Source of the DNA: a virus
Lineage: Duplodnaviria > Caudoviricetes
Length of the DNA stretch: 24,721 nucleotides
Reading direction: 5' to 3' (one strand)
IMG/VR virus record: IMGVR_UViG_3300020248_000008
Span: 1 to 24,721 of that record
Within the stretch, counting starts at the first letter, position 1. Every line of letters begins with the position of its first letter. The notes below the pieces were generated by a model that did not search any database, had not been told where the DNA came from, and saw only the letters and a list, made by a program, of their open reading frames with translations. A program made the position numbers and the translations under genes. Below are positions 5,528 through 13,398 of the stretch, piece after piece.

Positions 5528-5756
5528 CGTTCCGCGACTTACTTGCGTCCAATGATAAAGACATCACATCTATCGTCGGATACCTTTGTTCTGAAGTAAT
5601 CTATAAGATACTCCTTGGCATCAGGTATAAGATTCTGATCGCTCATAATCTCTACCCTATTCTGGTTCCACTCTGAACAAGACATCTCCCAATGAGATGG
5701 ATTGTGTTCAGCGATTAGAAACCCCGATAGTGCAAGACTAATCATTTAGATGAACG
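5528..5756 (-). ncRNA. Glutamine-II (Downstream-peptide)-like riboswitch aptamer 1, split by an ORF
   Basis: 5' half CGUUCAUCUAAAUGAU (5756-5741); 3' half AUCAUUGGACGCAAGUAAGUCGCGGAACG (5556-5528). P1 CGUUC/GAACG; P2 is 9 bp with one bulged A. Confidence 0.8.
5539..5745 (-). CDS. Aptamer-embedded small protein A (68 aa)
   Basis: ORF track; hydrophobic N-terminus, two Cys; paralog of 5326..5514; no obvious Shine-Dalgarno. Confidence 0.75.
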   Translation of the reverse strand: MISLALSGFLIAEHNPSHWEMSCSEWNQNRVEIMSDQNLIPDAKEYLIDYFRTKVSDDRCDVFIIGRK

Positions 5757-5805
5757 TTTGTAAATAATGATAACATATTCTTAGAGAAATGTCACCATTC
5801 ACATA

Positions 5806-5813
5806 TATTTATA
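5806..5813 (-). promoter_or_regulatory. T4-type late promoter TATAAATA
   Basis: Exact gp55 consensus in the intergenic region after nrdB. Confidence 0.8.
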
Positions 5814-5841
5814 CAACTAAAAGGTTTTAATACCCGTTCTG

Positions 5842-7035
5842 TTACAACTCGAACCCTTTGAAGGTGTCAGAGGTTACGTCTTGTTTGATTGCACCTACTA
5901 CATATGATTCTATTTCAGTTTCTTGTGGTGCATTCTGTTGTCCTCTGGAGTTTAACCAGTGCTCTGTCCAAGGTAGTGGATTGTTTCTTAAAGGTATATC
6001 ATAGATTGGATCTATTCCTATCGCTTTCATTCTACGATTAGCAATCCATTCTACATACTGTCCTAATAGTTTAGCGTTCAATCCTATCATACTACCATCT
6101 TTAAATAAGTATTCTGCCCACGCTTTCTCTTCGTTTACTGCGTTGACAAACATCTCAGTTACTCTATCTTTCTCCTCCTTAATTATCTGGAGCATTACTG
6201 GGTCGTCTCCTTGTGCCCACTTTCCGAGGATTTGTTGAGTAAGGACAAGATGTTGTGCTTCGTCTCTTGAGATGAGGGAGATAATTTTTGCTGATCCCTC
6301 CATAAGTTTAAGTTCTCCAAATGCAAACGAGCACGCAAAGGAGACATAGAAGCGAATTCCTTCCAAAATGTTGACATTTACTACTGCCCTATAAAGTTTA
6401 CGTTTTAATTCAACGAGTTCATAGTGACCGAGAGGTACACCGTCAAGGTTGTGTACCCACATATTACCAGATCCATACTGTTGTGCAGCGTTTATGAAGT
6501 CATCATACGCTTCTGTAACACTCTTAGCACGTGCAAGTATCTTTTCATCGTCTAAGATAGTGTCAAAGACAACTGATGGGTCTGGATATACATTCTTAAT
6601 AATATGTGTGTAACTTTTTGAGTGTATCATCTCAAAAAATTCCCACGCAATCATAGCAGATTCTAACTCAGGTATCGAACAGTAAGGGATGAAAGCAAGA
6701 CCAGGACCACGACCTTGTACGGAGTCAAGGAGGATCTGATACCTGAGATTTGACGTGAAGATGTGTTTCTGTGTTTCATTTAATGTAGCAAAGTCACTTC
6801 GATCTTTTTGTAATGAGACCTCTTCTGGTCTCCAGAAGTATCCTAGTTGTTGATTAGTTAGTTTATCAAACACTGGATACTTAGCACCATCATATCTTTG
6901 TACTCCTAGAGGTGGTCCGAAGAACATAGGAGGATTGGTATTGTTCTTTTCTTTATTGAATACCGTTACTCCTTTAATTTTTGTCTTTGGCATTTGTTGA
7001 TCGTCGTTGTTAAGTTTAAACTTTGCAACTGTCAC
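5842..7035 (-). CDS. nrdB: Ribonucleotide reductase class Ia beta subunit
   Basis: FWRPEEVSL, QILLDSVQGR, EMIHSKSY (radical Tyr), LEGIRFYVSF, DEAQH, APQETE. Start uncertain (GTG 7035 or ATG 6993). Confidence 0.97.
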   Translation of the reverse strand: MTVAKFKLNNDDQQMPKTKIKGVTVFNKEKNNTNPPMFFGPPLGVQRYDGAKYPVFDKLTNQQLGYFWRPEEVSLQKDRSDFATLNETQKHIFTSNLRYQILLDSVQGRGPGLAFIPYCSIPELESAMIAWEFFEMIHSKSYTHIIKNVYPDPSVVFDTILDDEKILARAKSVTEAYDDFINAAQQYGSGNMWVHNLDGVPLGHYELVELKRKLYRAVVNVNILEGIRFYVSFACSFAFGELKLMEGSAKIISLISRDEAQHLVLTQQILGKWAQGDDPVMLQIIKEEKDRVTEMFVNAVNEEKAWAEYLFKDGSMIGLNAKLLGQYVEWIANRRMKAIGIDPIYDIPLRNNPLPWTEHWLNSRGQQNAPQETEIESYVVGAIKQDVTSDTFKGFEL

Positions 7036-9343
7036 AGTCTTCCTCCTGTTCTAATTCTTGTATGAGTTGATTTAATCTTTGATTGGTTTCATCCATAGGT
7101 ATATCATCCCTCCATCCCATTGGATGTGCAGGTTCTTCAATTTCTTTCTTAGCATCATATGTATTCTGATAGTAAGAAGTTTTCCAACCATATTTGTATG
7201 TGGTAAGAAGATCCTGTGCCATAACAGAGACAGGCACTTCATCGTTATCATAGTTCTCTGGATTATAACTCCAGTTACCACTAATTGCCTGATCAAAAAA
7301 CTTTTGCATAACTGATGTGACTTTGATATATCCTTCGTTAGATGGCATATCCCAAAGTAATGTGTATTTGTTTTTCAGATGGGGAAACCCTGGAACAATC
7401 TGCTTAAGAGGTCCTTTTTTTGACTTCTTAACGGACAAGTAGTCTCTAGGTGGTTCGATTCCATTGGTTGCATTTGACACAACGGAACTGCTCTCTGAAG
7501 GCATTTGTGCGGACAGTGTTGAGTGCCTGAGACCGTGCTCCAAGATAGATGCCCTAAGAGATTCCCAATCATACTTGTATTCCTCTTTTGTTATCTGATC
7601 TACCTCACTCTTATATGTATCTATTGGTAAGATTCCATCAGAGTATTTTGTGTGAGAGAAACCATCACAAGCACCCTTCTCTTTTGCTATCTCGTTTGAT
7701 GCTTTAAGAAGATTGTATTGGAATGCTTCAGTAAGGTTATGTACTATATCATATGCACCTTGATCGTTATACTTAAATCCATTCTTTGCTAGGTAATGTG
7801 CTAGACCGATGAATCCGATGCCCAAGGAGCGTCTTGCAAGGGTGCTACGTCGTGCTGCTGCAACAGGATAGCGTTGGTAATCAATTAGTTCTTCTAGTCC
7901 ACGAACTGCAAGATCACATAGTTCTTCTAACTCATTAAGACTACGGAGTTTACCTACGTTAATAGCAGATAAAATACACAATGCAATCTCACCACCATCT
8001 TCATCTATATGATCTAAAGGATCGGTAGGTAGAGTTATCTCCTGACATAGGTTACTCATATTAACCTTGTCTTTGAATGAACTATGACTATTACAGTGGT
8101 CTATATTCATAATGTATAGACGACCAGTCTCTGCTCTTTCCTTCAAGAAGTTTAGGATAAGATCTTGTGCACCTATCTTTTTCTTAGGTATTGATTCATC
8201 CAACTCATACTGAGCATACAGTGCATCAAACTCAGGAGTTCCAAAAGCATCATATAATCCTGGTACATCGTGTGGTGAGAAGAGTGTGATTTCTCCATTT
8301 TCGATAAACCTTCTATAGAATAACTCACTGAACTGAATACTATAGTCTAATTTTCTGACACGGTTATCCTCTGTGCCTTTGTTGTTCTTTAGAACAATAA
8401 TATCTTCTATTTCTTGGTGCCAGATGGGGAAGTGGACAGTCGCTGATCCACCTCTAATGCCATTCTGAGTGCAACATCTGACAGTGCTTTCAAACTTTTT
8501 GAGGAACGGTACAACACCTGTGTGTTGGACTTCTCCACCACGGATTTTACTGTTGATCCCACGGATGCGACCTGCGTTGATACCAATCCCTGCCCTTTGT
8601 GCAACATAACGACCAATGGCCATATCAGAAGTAAAAATACTATCCAAGGTGTCGTCAACATCAACCAAAACGCAAGACGCAAACTGCCGAAGAGGTGTTC
8701 TAACACCTGCGAGAACTGGAGTTGGGACGTTGATTTTCCCTTTGGAGGTTGCTGTGTAGTAGCGTTTGACATAATCGAGTCTTTTATCTTTAGGGTAATC
8801 TTGGAACAAGGTTGCAGCAACCATTATGTACATATACTGAGGAGTCTCATATACTCTACCAGTGCTACGGTCTTGTACAAGATACTTATCTACGATCTGT
8901 CTCAACCCTGCATATGTAAATCCATAGCAACGTTGGTGATCTATATAAGAATTTAGTTCTTCCCACTCTTCATCGTCATATTTCTTTAGGATTCCACCAT
9001 CATATACTCCTGCTTCTGCACAAGTCTCAACGTGACTTTTGAGTTTAGGATACCCAGTATTATTCCAATCAGCAAATACTTGTTTACGAACACTAAACAA
9101 TAGTAATCTTGCTGCTACGAACTGATAGTTAGGTGAATCTAAACTAATCAAATCACTCGCAGATTTAATAAGAATATTTTGAATCTGTTCTGATTCAATA
9201 CCATCAAAGAATTGTAGACCACTATTCATTTCTACTTGTGATGATGATACACCTGTTATGTCTTCACAGGCAAACTCAACCATTTGATGTATCTTGTCTA
9301 GGTTGAGAGGTTCGGCAGTGCCATCCCTTTTAATTACGTTCAT
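7016..9343 (-). CDS. nrdA: Ribonucleotide reductase class Ia alpha subunit
   Basis: N-terminal ATP cone (VIKRDG), QFASC, SNLCQEI, LCILSA, KTSYY, C-terminal CDSC. Confidence 0.98.
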   Translation of the reverse strand: MNVIKRDGTAEPLNLDKIHQMVEFACEDITGVSSSQVEMNSGLQFFDGIESEQIQNILIKSASDLISLDSPNYQFVAARLLLFSVRKQVFADWNNTGYPKLKSHVETCAEAGVYDGGILKKYDDEEWEELNSYIDHQRCYGFTYAGLRQIVDKYLVQDRSTGRVYETPQYMYIMVAATLFQDYPKDKRLDYVKRYYTATSKGKINVPTPVLAGVRTPLRQFASCVLVDVDDTLDSIFTSDMAIGRYVAQRAGIGINAGRIRGINSKIRGGEVQHTGVVPFLKKFESTVRCCTQNGIRGGSATVHFPIWHQEIEDIIVLKNNKGTEDNRVRKLDYSIQFSELFYRRFIENGEITLFSPHDVPGLYDAFGTPEFDALYAQYELDESIPKKKIGAQDLILNFLKERAETGRLYIMNIDHCNSHSSFKDKVNMSNLCQEITLPTDPLDHIDEDGGEIALCILSAINVGKLRSLNELEELCDLAVRGLEELIDYQRYPVAAARRSTLARRSLGIGFIGLAHYLAKNGFKYNDQGAYDIVHNLTEAFQYNLLKASNEIAKEKGACDGFSHTKYSDGILPIDTYKSEVDQITKEEYKYDWESLRASILEHGLRHSTLSAQMPSESSSVVSNATNGIEPPRDYLSVKKSKKGPLKQIVPGFPHLKNKYTLLWDMPSNEGYIKVTSVMQKFFDQAISGNWSYNPENYDNDEVPVSVMAQDLLTTYKYGWKTSYYQNTYDAKKEIEEPAHPMGWRDDIPMDETNQRLNQLIQELEQEEDCDSCKV

Positions 9344-10338
9344 ACTTTTTTCCAGTTTTGAAATTTAACTTGTGCTGTTAACCCTGAGTAGGTGTTTGAT
9401 TCTACTATACTTTGAACATTATGTCCAGACAGAATCATATCGTTGACATCTTTTTCCTCTATGGAGTTATTCCAGATGACGACTTTGTAACCTCCTGATA
9501 TTGCTTTTGCAATTCGGTCGGTGATTTGTTTGTTGCGTGGTTCGTTATCAAAAACAAAAACACTATCGCTCCAACCACACGTCCTAGGATCAAGATCGGA
9601 CCCGCACATAGCAACACAGTTTTCCAAGAAGAGGGAATCAAACGGTCCTTCCACGATGTAGACTGTCTTGTTGCTATCGATTGTGTCGAGACCAAAGACT
9701 TTTTGTTTTGTTTCATCGAAAATAATAGTAATGTATCTTAGTTTTGGATTGGATGAGATTGCTCTCCCTTGTATTCCAAACCATTTTCCACTTTGGTCTA
9801 TGAGTGGTATTATAATCCTTGGACTATCGTTTTGCAGATTGTCAAAGGTATGTTTGTGTTTATTAACAAACTCTTTGAAACGTTCTGCATAGAAAATTCT
9901 ATCAAGTTTATCTCCATTAATGTTTCTCGATTCAAGGTAGGATCTTGCAGGGTGTTCTTTATTTAGGTCTGAGATTTTTGGAATCTTAGTACCTGTATTA
10001 AAGATTGGTTTGGTTTGAAGACTTGTAAACTTTGGTTCAGCAACTCTTGTACTTTTACCTGTCAATCCCATCTTATATCTTTCTAAGACAAACTGATCGT
10101 ATAAGTCTCTAGCATTATCCTTCAAGAAATTTCCTAGTGTTCTACCAACACCACAGTTGTGACACTTGAATATAAAATCAGAACCCTTGACGAAAAAATA
10201 CCCTCTTGCTTTAGACTTATGTTTCTGTGAGTCTCCGCAATAAGGGCATCTAAAATTGTATAGGTTTGTCTTCTTTTCCTTGAAGAGATCAAGACGACTG
10301 CCTACAAGACGTGCGTACTTGACATCAACATAACTCAT
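9340..10338 (-). CDS. T4 gp61-like DNA primase
   Basis: Zn finger CPYCGDS..CHNC; TOPRIM motifs VEGPFDSLF, FDNEPRN, KDVND. Confidence 0.96.
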   Translation of the reverse strand: MSYVDVKYARLVGSRLDLFKEKKTNLYNFRCPYCGDSQKHKSKARGYFFVKGSDFIFKCHNCGVGRTLGNFLKDNARDLYDQFVLERYKMGLTGKSTRVAEPKFTSLQTKPIFNTGTKIPKISDLNKEHPARSYLESRNINGDKLDRIFYAERFKEFVNKHKHTFDNLQNDSPRIIIPLIDQSGKWFGIQGRAISSNPKLRYITIIFDETKQKVFGLDTIDSNKTVYIVEGPFDSLFLENCVAMCGSDLDPRTCGWSDSVFVFDNEPRNKQITDRIAKAISGGYKVVIWNNSIEEKDVNDMILSGHNVQSIVESNTYSGLTAQVKFQNWKKV

Positions 10339-10350
10339 TATAAAAGTTTC

Positions 10351-10731
10351 TTATGGAACGATTTCTATCATACTCGTATTTGTTTGTGATGTCAACATAG
10401 GTTGTATCACTTTCTGTCCAACTGGACTTACAAGGAAAGAGATAATACTAAGAGCACCAAAGATACTCCACATCTTTTTCTCCATCAACCTGAGTCTATC
10501 ATCTACTTTTCTTATATCTCTCTCACATCCTTTCTTAATAGCATTTGTTTCTCTGGTTACATCAGCGTGTAGTCTATCTACCTTCTCGAATAGAACTTGA
10601 TCAATCTTATCTTGCTTATCTAACTTCTCATTATGAACCGCAAGCAGTTGACCCATCTTTACAGAGTTCTCTTGAAGGGTATCTACAACTTTTTCTAGTC
10701 TTTCTATTATCGCTGAATTAATATCAGACAC
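10351..10731 (-). CDS. Conserved coiled-coil protein with a C-terminal hydrophobic segment
   Basis: ORF track; heptad-like helix followed by WSIFGALSIISFLV. Confidence 0.85.
   Translation of the reverse strand: MSDINSAIIERLEKVVDTLQENSVKMGQLLAVHNEKLDKQDKIDQVLFEKVDRLHADVTRETNAIKKGCERDIRKVDDRLRLMEKKMWSIFGALSIISFLVSPVGQKVIQPMLTSQTNTSMIEIVP
10367..10395 (-). promoter_or_regulatory. Sigma70-type early promoter for primase-nrdA-nrdB, inside the upstream CDS
   Basis: TTGACA (10395-10390), 17 bp spacer, TATGAT (10372-10367). Confidence 0.75.
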
Positions 10732-11438
10732 TACATTGCTCCTTGACGCTTATCCCAGTAATATTTTAACACAGTAGAAGGTGTTAGACGGGTGATTTTT
10801 ATCTTGTCAAATTTTTCTGGTCTGTATATAGACCTCAAACGTATTTTTACATCAGAGACACTACGACCATAGAATACAAAGTCTGTCTCTCCTTCAAACT
10901 CAGTGAACTCTACTTTGAAAGGAAAGTATCTCCCCTCATTTCTAGTATAACTTTCTTTAGTAGTAGAAGGACCACACTTGATGGTTCCATTCTTTTTGGT
11001 TTTACATTTAAACCTTCTACCTTTAACTGGTCTACCAACACCACCTAAAGGTTCATCTAGTCCTGCTGTAGGACCATTAGGATCAGAGTCACCAGAGAAT
11101 CCCGCTGCTTGTGCAGTAGAACCTGTGCTCATAGTAGGAGCACCTTCTTCTTTGACAGTTTTCTTTTTCTTCGCTGTCTTAGCAACATACTTTCCTTTCG
11201 CATCACTATGACTGGTAGATCCAGGTCTTGCTGACGATACAACAGCACCATACCCAATCATATATTCTTTCACCATAGGTAGTTCTTTCTCTTTAGTAGA
11301 GGCGAACTTCTTTACATCAGTCTTTTTCATACCTTTAGCAGCAGACGCAATCTCTTTCGATGGTGCAGACATCTCGCCCTTCTGGACTGCTCTGACCATC
11401 CCCATAAATCTACGTTGTGCTACTGATACTGCGGGCAT
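10731..11438 (-). CDS. Basic hypothetical protein, DUF3008-like N-terminus
   Basis: MPAVSVAQRRFMGMV...VKKFASTK; coupled to both neighbours. Confidence 0.8.
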   Translation of the reverse strand: MPAVSVAQRRFMGMVRAVQKGEMSAPSKEIASAAKGMKKTDVKKFASTKEKELPMVKEYMIGYGAVVSSARPGSTSHSDAKGKYVAKTAKKKKTVKEEGAPTMSTGSTAQAAGFSGDSDPNGPTAGLDEPLGGVGRPVKGRRFKCKTKKNGTIKCGPSTTKESYTRNEGRYFPFKVEFTEFEGETDFVFYGRSVSDVKIRLRSIYRPEKFDKIKITRLTPSTVLKYYWDKRQGAM

Positions 11439-11812
11439 TAGAGTTTACTCAACTGTGACGTAACTTCAGCGTCAATGACTATCTCATCGAGAATACCATT
11501 GCCACCTTCGGGATCTAATCTATTCAAATATAATAGATAGGATTTCATAATAGACCAATACTCCATCTCGATTTTAAAAACCAATAAGGGTATCGCTGCT
11601 TCACCAAATACATTGAACAATACAATCAAATGGTTTAAGATCAAATGATTACGCAATACCCCAGACTTAACATACCTACCAAAAAGACGTTTGAGATACT
11701 TAAACCTCATCATATCTTCTTGAAAGTCATCGTAAGTTACAGACTGGGGATTGTCATAATGCTTCATAGCGAACAACATATAGTTGTCGTTCGTTAACAC
11801 TGAAAAATTCAT
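11438..11812 (-). CDS. Conserved T4-like marine phage hypothetical protein
   Basis: LFAMKHYDNP, RFKYLKRLF, LILNHLIVLFNVFG. Confidence 0.85.
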   Translation of the reverse strand: MNFSVLTNDNYMLFAMKHYDNPQSVTYDDFQEDMMRFKYLKRLFGRYVKSGVLRNHLILNHLIVLFNVFGEAAIPLLVFKIEMEYWSIMKSYLLYLNRLDPEGGNGILDEIVIDAEVTSQLSKL

Positions 11813-11829
11813 AACGAATTATAATTTAA

Positions 11830-12618
11830 TTAACTACCAAATGATAGAGTTGCGATAGAACTTACTACCTCTTTAGCACCTTTGCTACTGTTAAGTTTAA
11901 CTCTGTATGAGTCACCATCATTAGCAGCAAGTTGTCCAGACAATACAAGAGATGCACTTGTAGCACCACTTACGTCAGCAAATCTAGTACCACTAGCAGT
12001 TCTCTTCTGCCACTGATATGTGATTGTACCTGACTGATCAACAGTTGCAGCAACTGTGAATGTTGCAGCACCACTAGATGAGGTCTGGTTAGAAGGTTGT
12101 GTACCGATAGTAATAGTTTCAAGTACGTCTGCTACTACTGTCTCGTCTGCCATATCACCTGATGTTCCTACTGCTACTCTTAGTGCAGCAAGTTTCTCTG
12201 CCTTATGACGTGTGGTTCCTTGTGCTGTATTGTATGTTCTATACAACCACCATCCTGGTCCGTCTATACCACGAGACTTGTTAGATGCAATTCCATCTTC
12301 TGTTGTATCTACAAATACTAATTGATAGTCAGTGATACTATCTCCACCTTTGATTACATACTCTGCAACCGCTTTTGGTGGAGTTCTTTTAATTACGCTT
12401 GATGCAGTAACTGTTGCAGTTGATCCTGCATATGCTTTGTGTAACTCTATAGCAGTAGTGCTAGTTACCTGTTTAACAATATATGCAACGCTAGAAATTT
12501 CTAGTACGTCACCTGGGACTACGCTATCAGCAGCATTTTTTGTTACAGTAGCGTCGCCATTAGTGACGCTAATGTTCTGTGTAAATGCAGCAGCGTCAAT
12601 CTTACCATAGATCGCCAT
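11830..12618 (-). CDS. Virion structural protein with a C-terminal Ig-like domain
   Basis: ITIGTQP..ATFTVAA..YQWQK..SLVL..DGDSYRV (I-set Ig pattern); GGAG RBS; late promoter upstream. Confidence 0.8.
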   Translation of the reverse strand: MAIYGKIDAAAFTQNISVTNGDATVTKNAADSVVPGDVLEISSVAYIVKQVTSTTAIELHKAYAGSTATVTASSVIKRTPPKAVAEYVIKGGDSITDYQLVFVDTTEDGIASNKSRGIDGPGWWLYRTYNTAQGTTRHKAEKLAALRVAVGTSGDMADETVVADVLETITIGTQPSNQTSSSGAATFTVAATVDQSGTITYQWQKRTASGTRFADVSGATSASLVLSGQLAANDGDSYRVKLNSSKGAKEVVSSIATLSFGS

Positions 12619-12650
12619 TAGTTATTCTCCAAGAACATTGTGTTTCCTAT

Positions 12651-12662
12651 TATTTATTTATA
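12651..12662 (-). promoter_or_regulatory. T4-type late promoter (TATAAATA with overlapping AATAAATA)
   Basis: Exact consensus at 12662-12655. Confidence 0.8.
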
Positions 12663-12664
12663 AT

Positions 12665-12688
12665 AAAAAGGAGGGGTGTACCCTCCTT
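12665..12688 (-). terminator. Intrinsic terminator
   Basis: AAGGAGGG-UACAC-CCCUCCUU followed by UUU. Confidence 0.8.
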
Positions 12689-12691
12689 CGT

Positions 12692-12898
12692 TTATCTTGC
12701 TTTGATTGCTGCTGAGACTTGCTCAAACAACTTATCATCTGCTTCTGTTTTAGTCATTTTGACTGCTTTACCTATGATGACTAAACAGATGTCGATGAGT
12801 TTATCACCGAGTTCTGCATCATCAGGGATTTTAGCGATTGCTTTCTCTATAATACTCTTTGCAAAAGGTAAGAGAAAACTTGAAACTGAACCAATCAT
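12692..12898 (-). CDS. Conserved cyanophage small helical protein (68 aa)
   Basis: ORF track; followed by a terminator; TATATATA late-like element at 12932-12925. Confidence 0.8.
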   Translation of the reverse strand: MIGSVSSFLLPFAKSIIEKAIAKIPDDAELGDKLIDICLVIIGKAVKMTKTEADDKLFEQVSAAIKAR

Positions 12899-12934
12899 TT
12901 TAATAAAGAATAAGGTACCTACCCTATATATACA

Positions 12935-13390
12935 TCAATGATTATGTGCTTCAGATACTAATACTTCTAAATCTTCTACTGCTACGTTCTCATAGATTCT
13001 TCCACCCTTGTCTACGATGTCATAGTGTGATACGTAGTGAGTGTTACCCTGATCATCTGGTTCTTCCATCTCAACTAGAGTGTGATGCTCTGGGATAGTA
13101 GTTACAAGACCATACTCAGCGTGCTCTGCCATCTTTGCACAGATATGAGTCTTCTTACCCATTGCTTTTGATATAGTCTTTCTTCTGTTAAGAAGATACT
13201 TATCATCTTTGTCGTGATCACCGTCGTTGTCGATGTCCTTGTCCTCTGTTCCTACAGGATCAAGTTTTTTCTTTGCTTTCTCTTGTAAGTTTTGTACTTC
13301 AAGACGAAGCATTTCGCGAATAGATTCTTTCATTAGATCAGATTTCTTTGGGTTTACTAAAATCTTAGATTTTTTTTCAGAGAGTTCCAT
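12935..13390 (-). CDS. Hypothetical protein with a DxDxDG (EF-hand-loop-like) motif
   Basis: DKDIDNDGDHDKDDKYLLNRRK; start uncertain. Confidence 0.8.
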   Translation of the reverse strand: MELSEKKSKILVNPKKSDLMKESIREMLRLEVQNLQEKAKKKLDPVGTEDKDIDNDGDHDKDDKYLLNRRKTISKAMGKKTHICAKMAEHAEYGLVTTIPEHHTLVEMEEPDDQGNTHYVSHYDIVDKGGRIYENVAVEDLEVLVSEAHNH

Positions 13391-13398
13391 TTTATTTA

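Noticed and set aside
5319-5756. Repeated CGTTCATC / GGACGCAA / GGAACGG read as CRISPR repeats, att sites or transposon ends
   Set aside because: There are only two copies, with internal P1/P2 complementarity and a DUF4278-like gene downstream; no cas, integrase or transposase gene is nearby.
5842-9343. Intron or intein in nrdA/nrdB (also checked in the visible parts of gp43, gp41 and psbA)
   Set aside because: The frames are continuous and of normal length, with no intein splice motifs seen.
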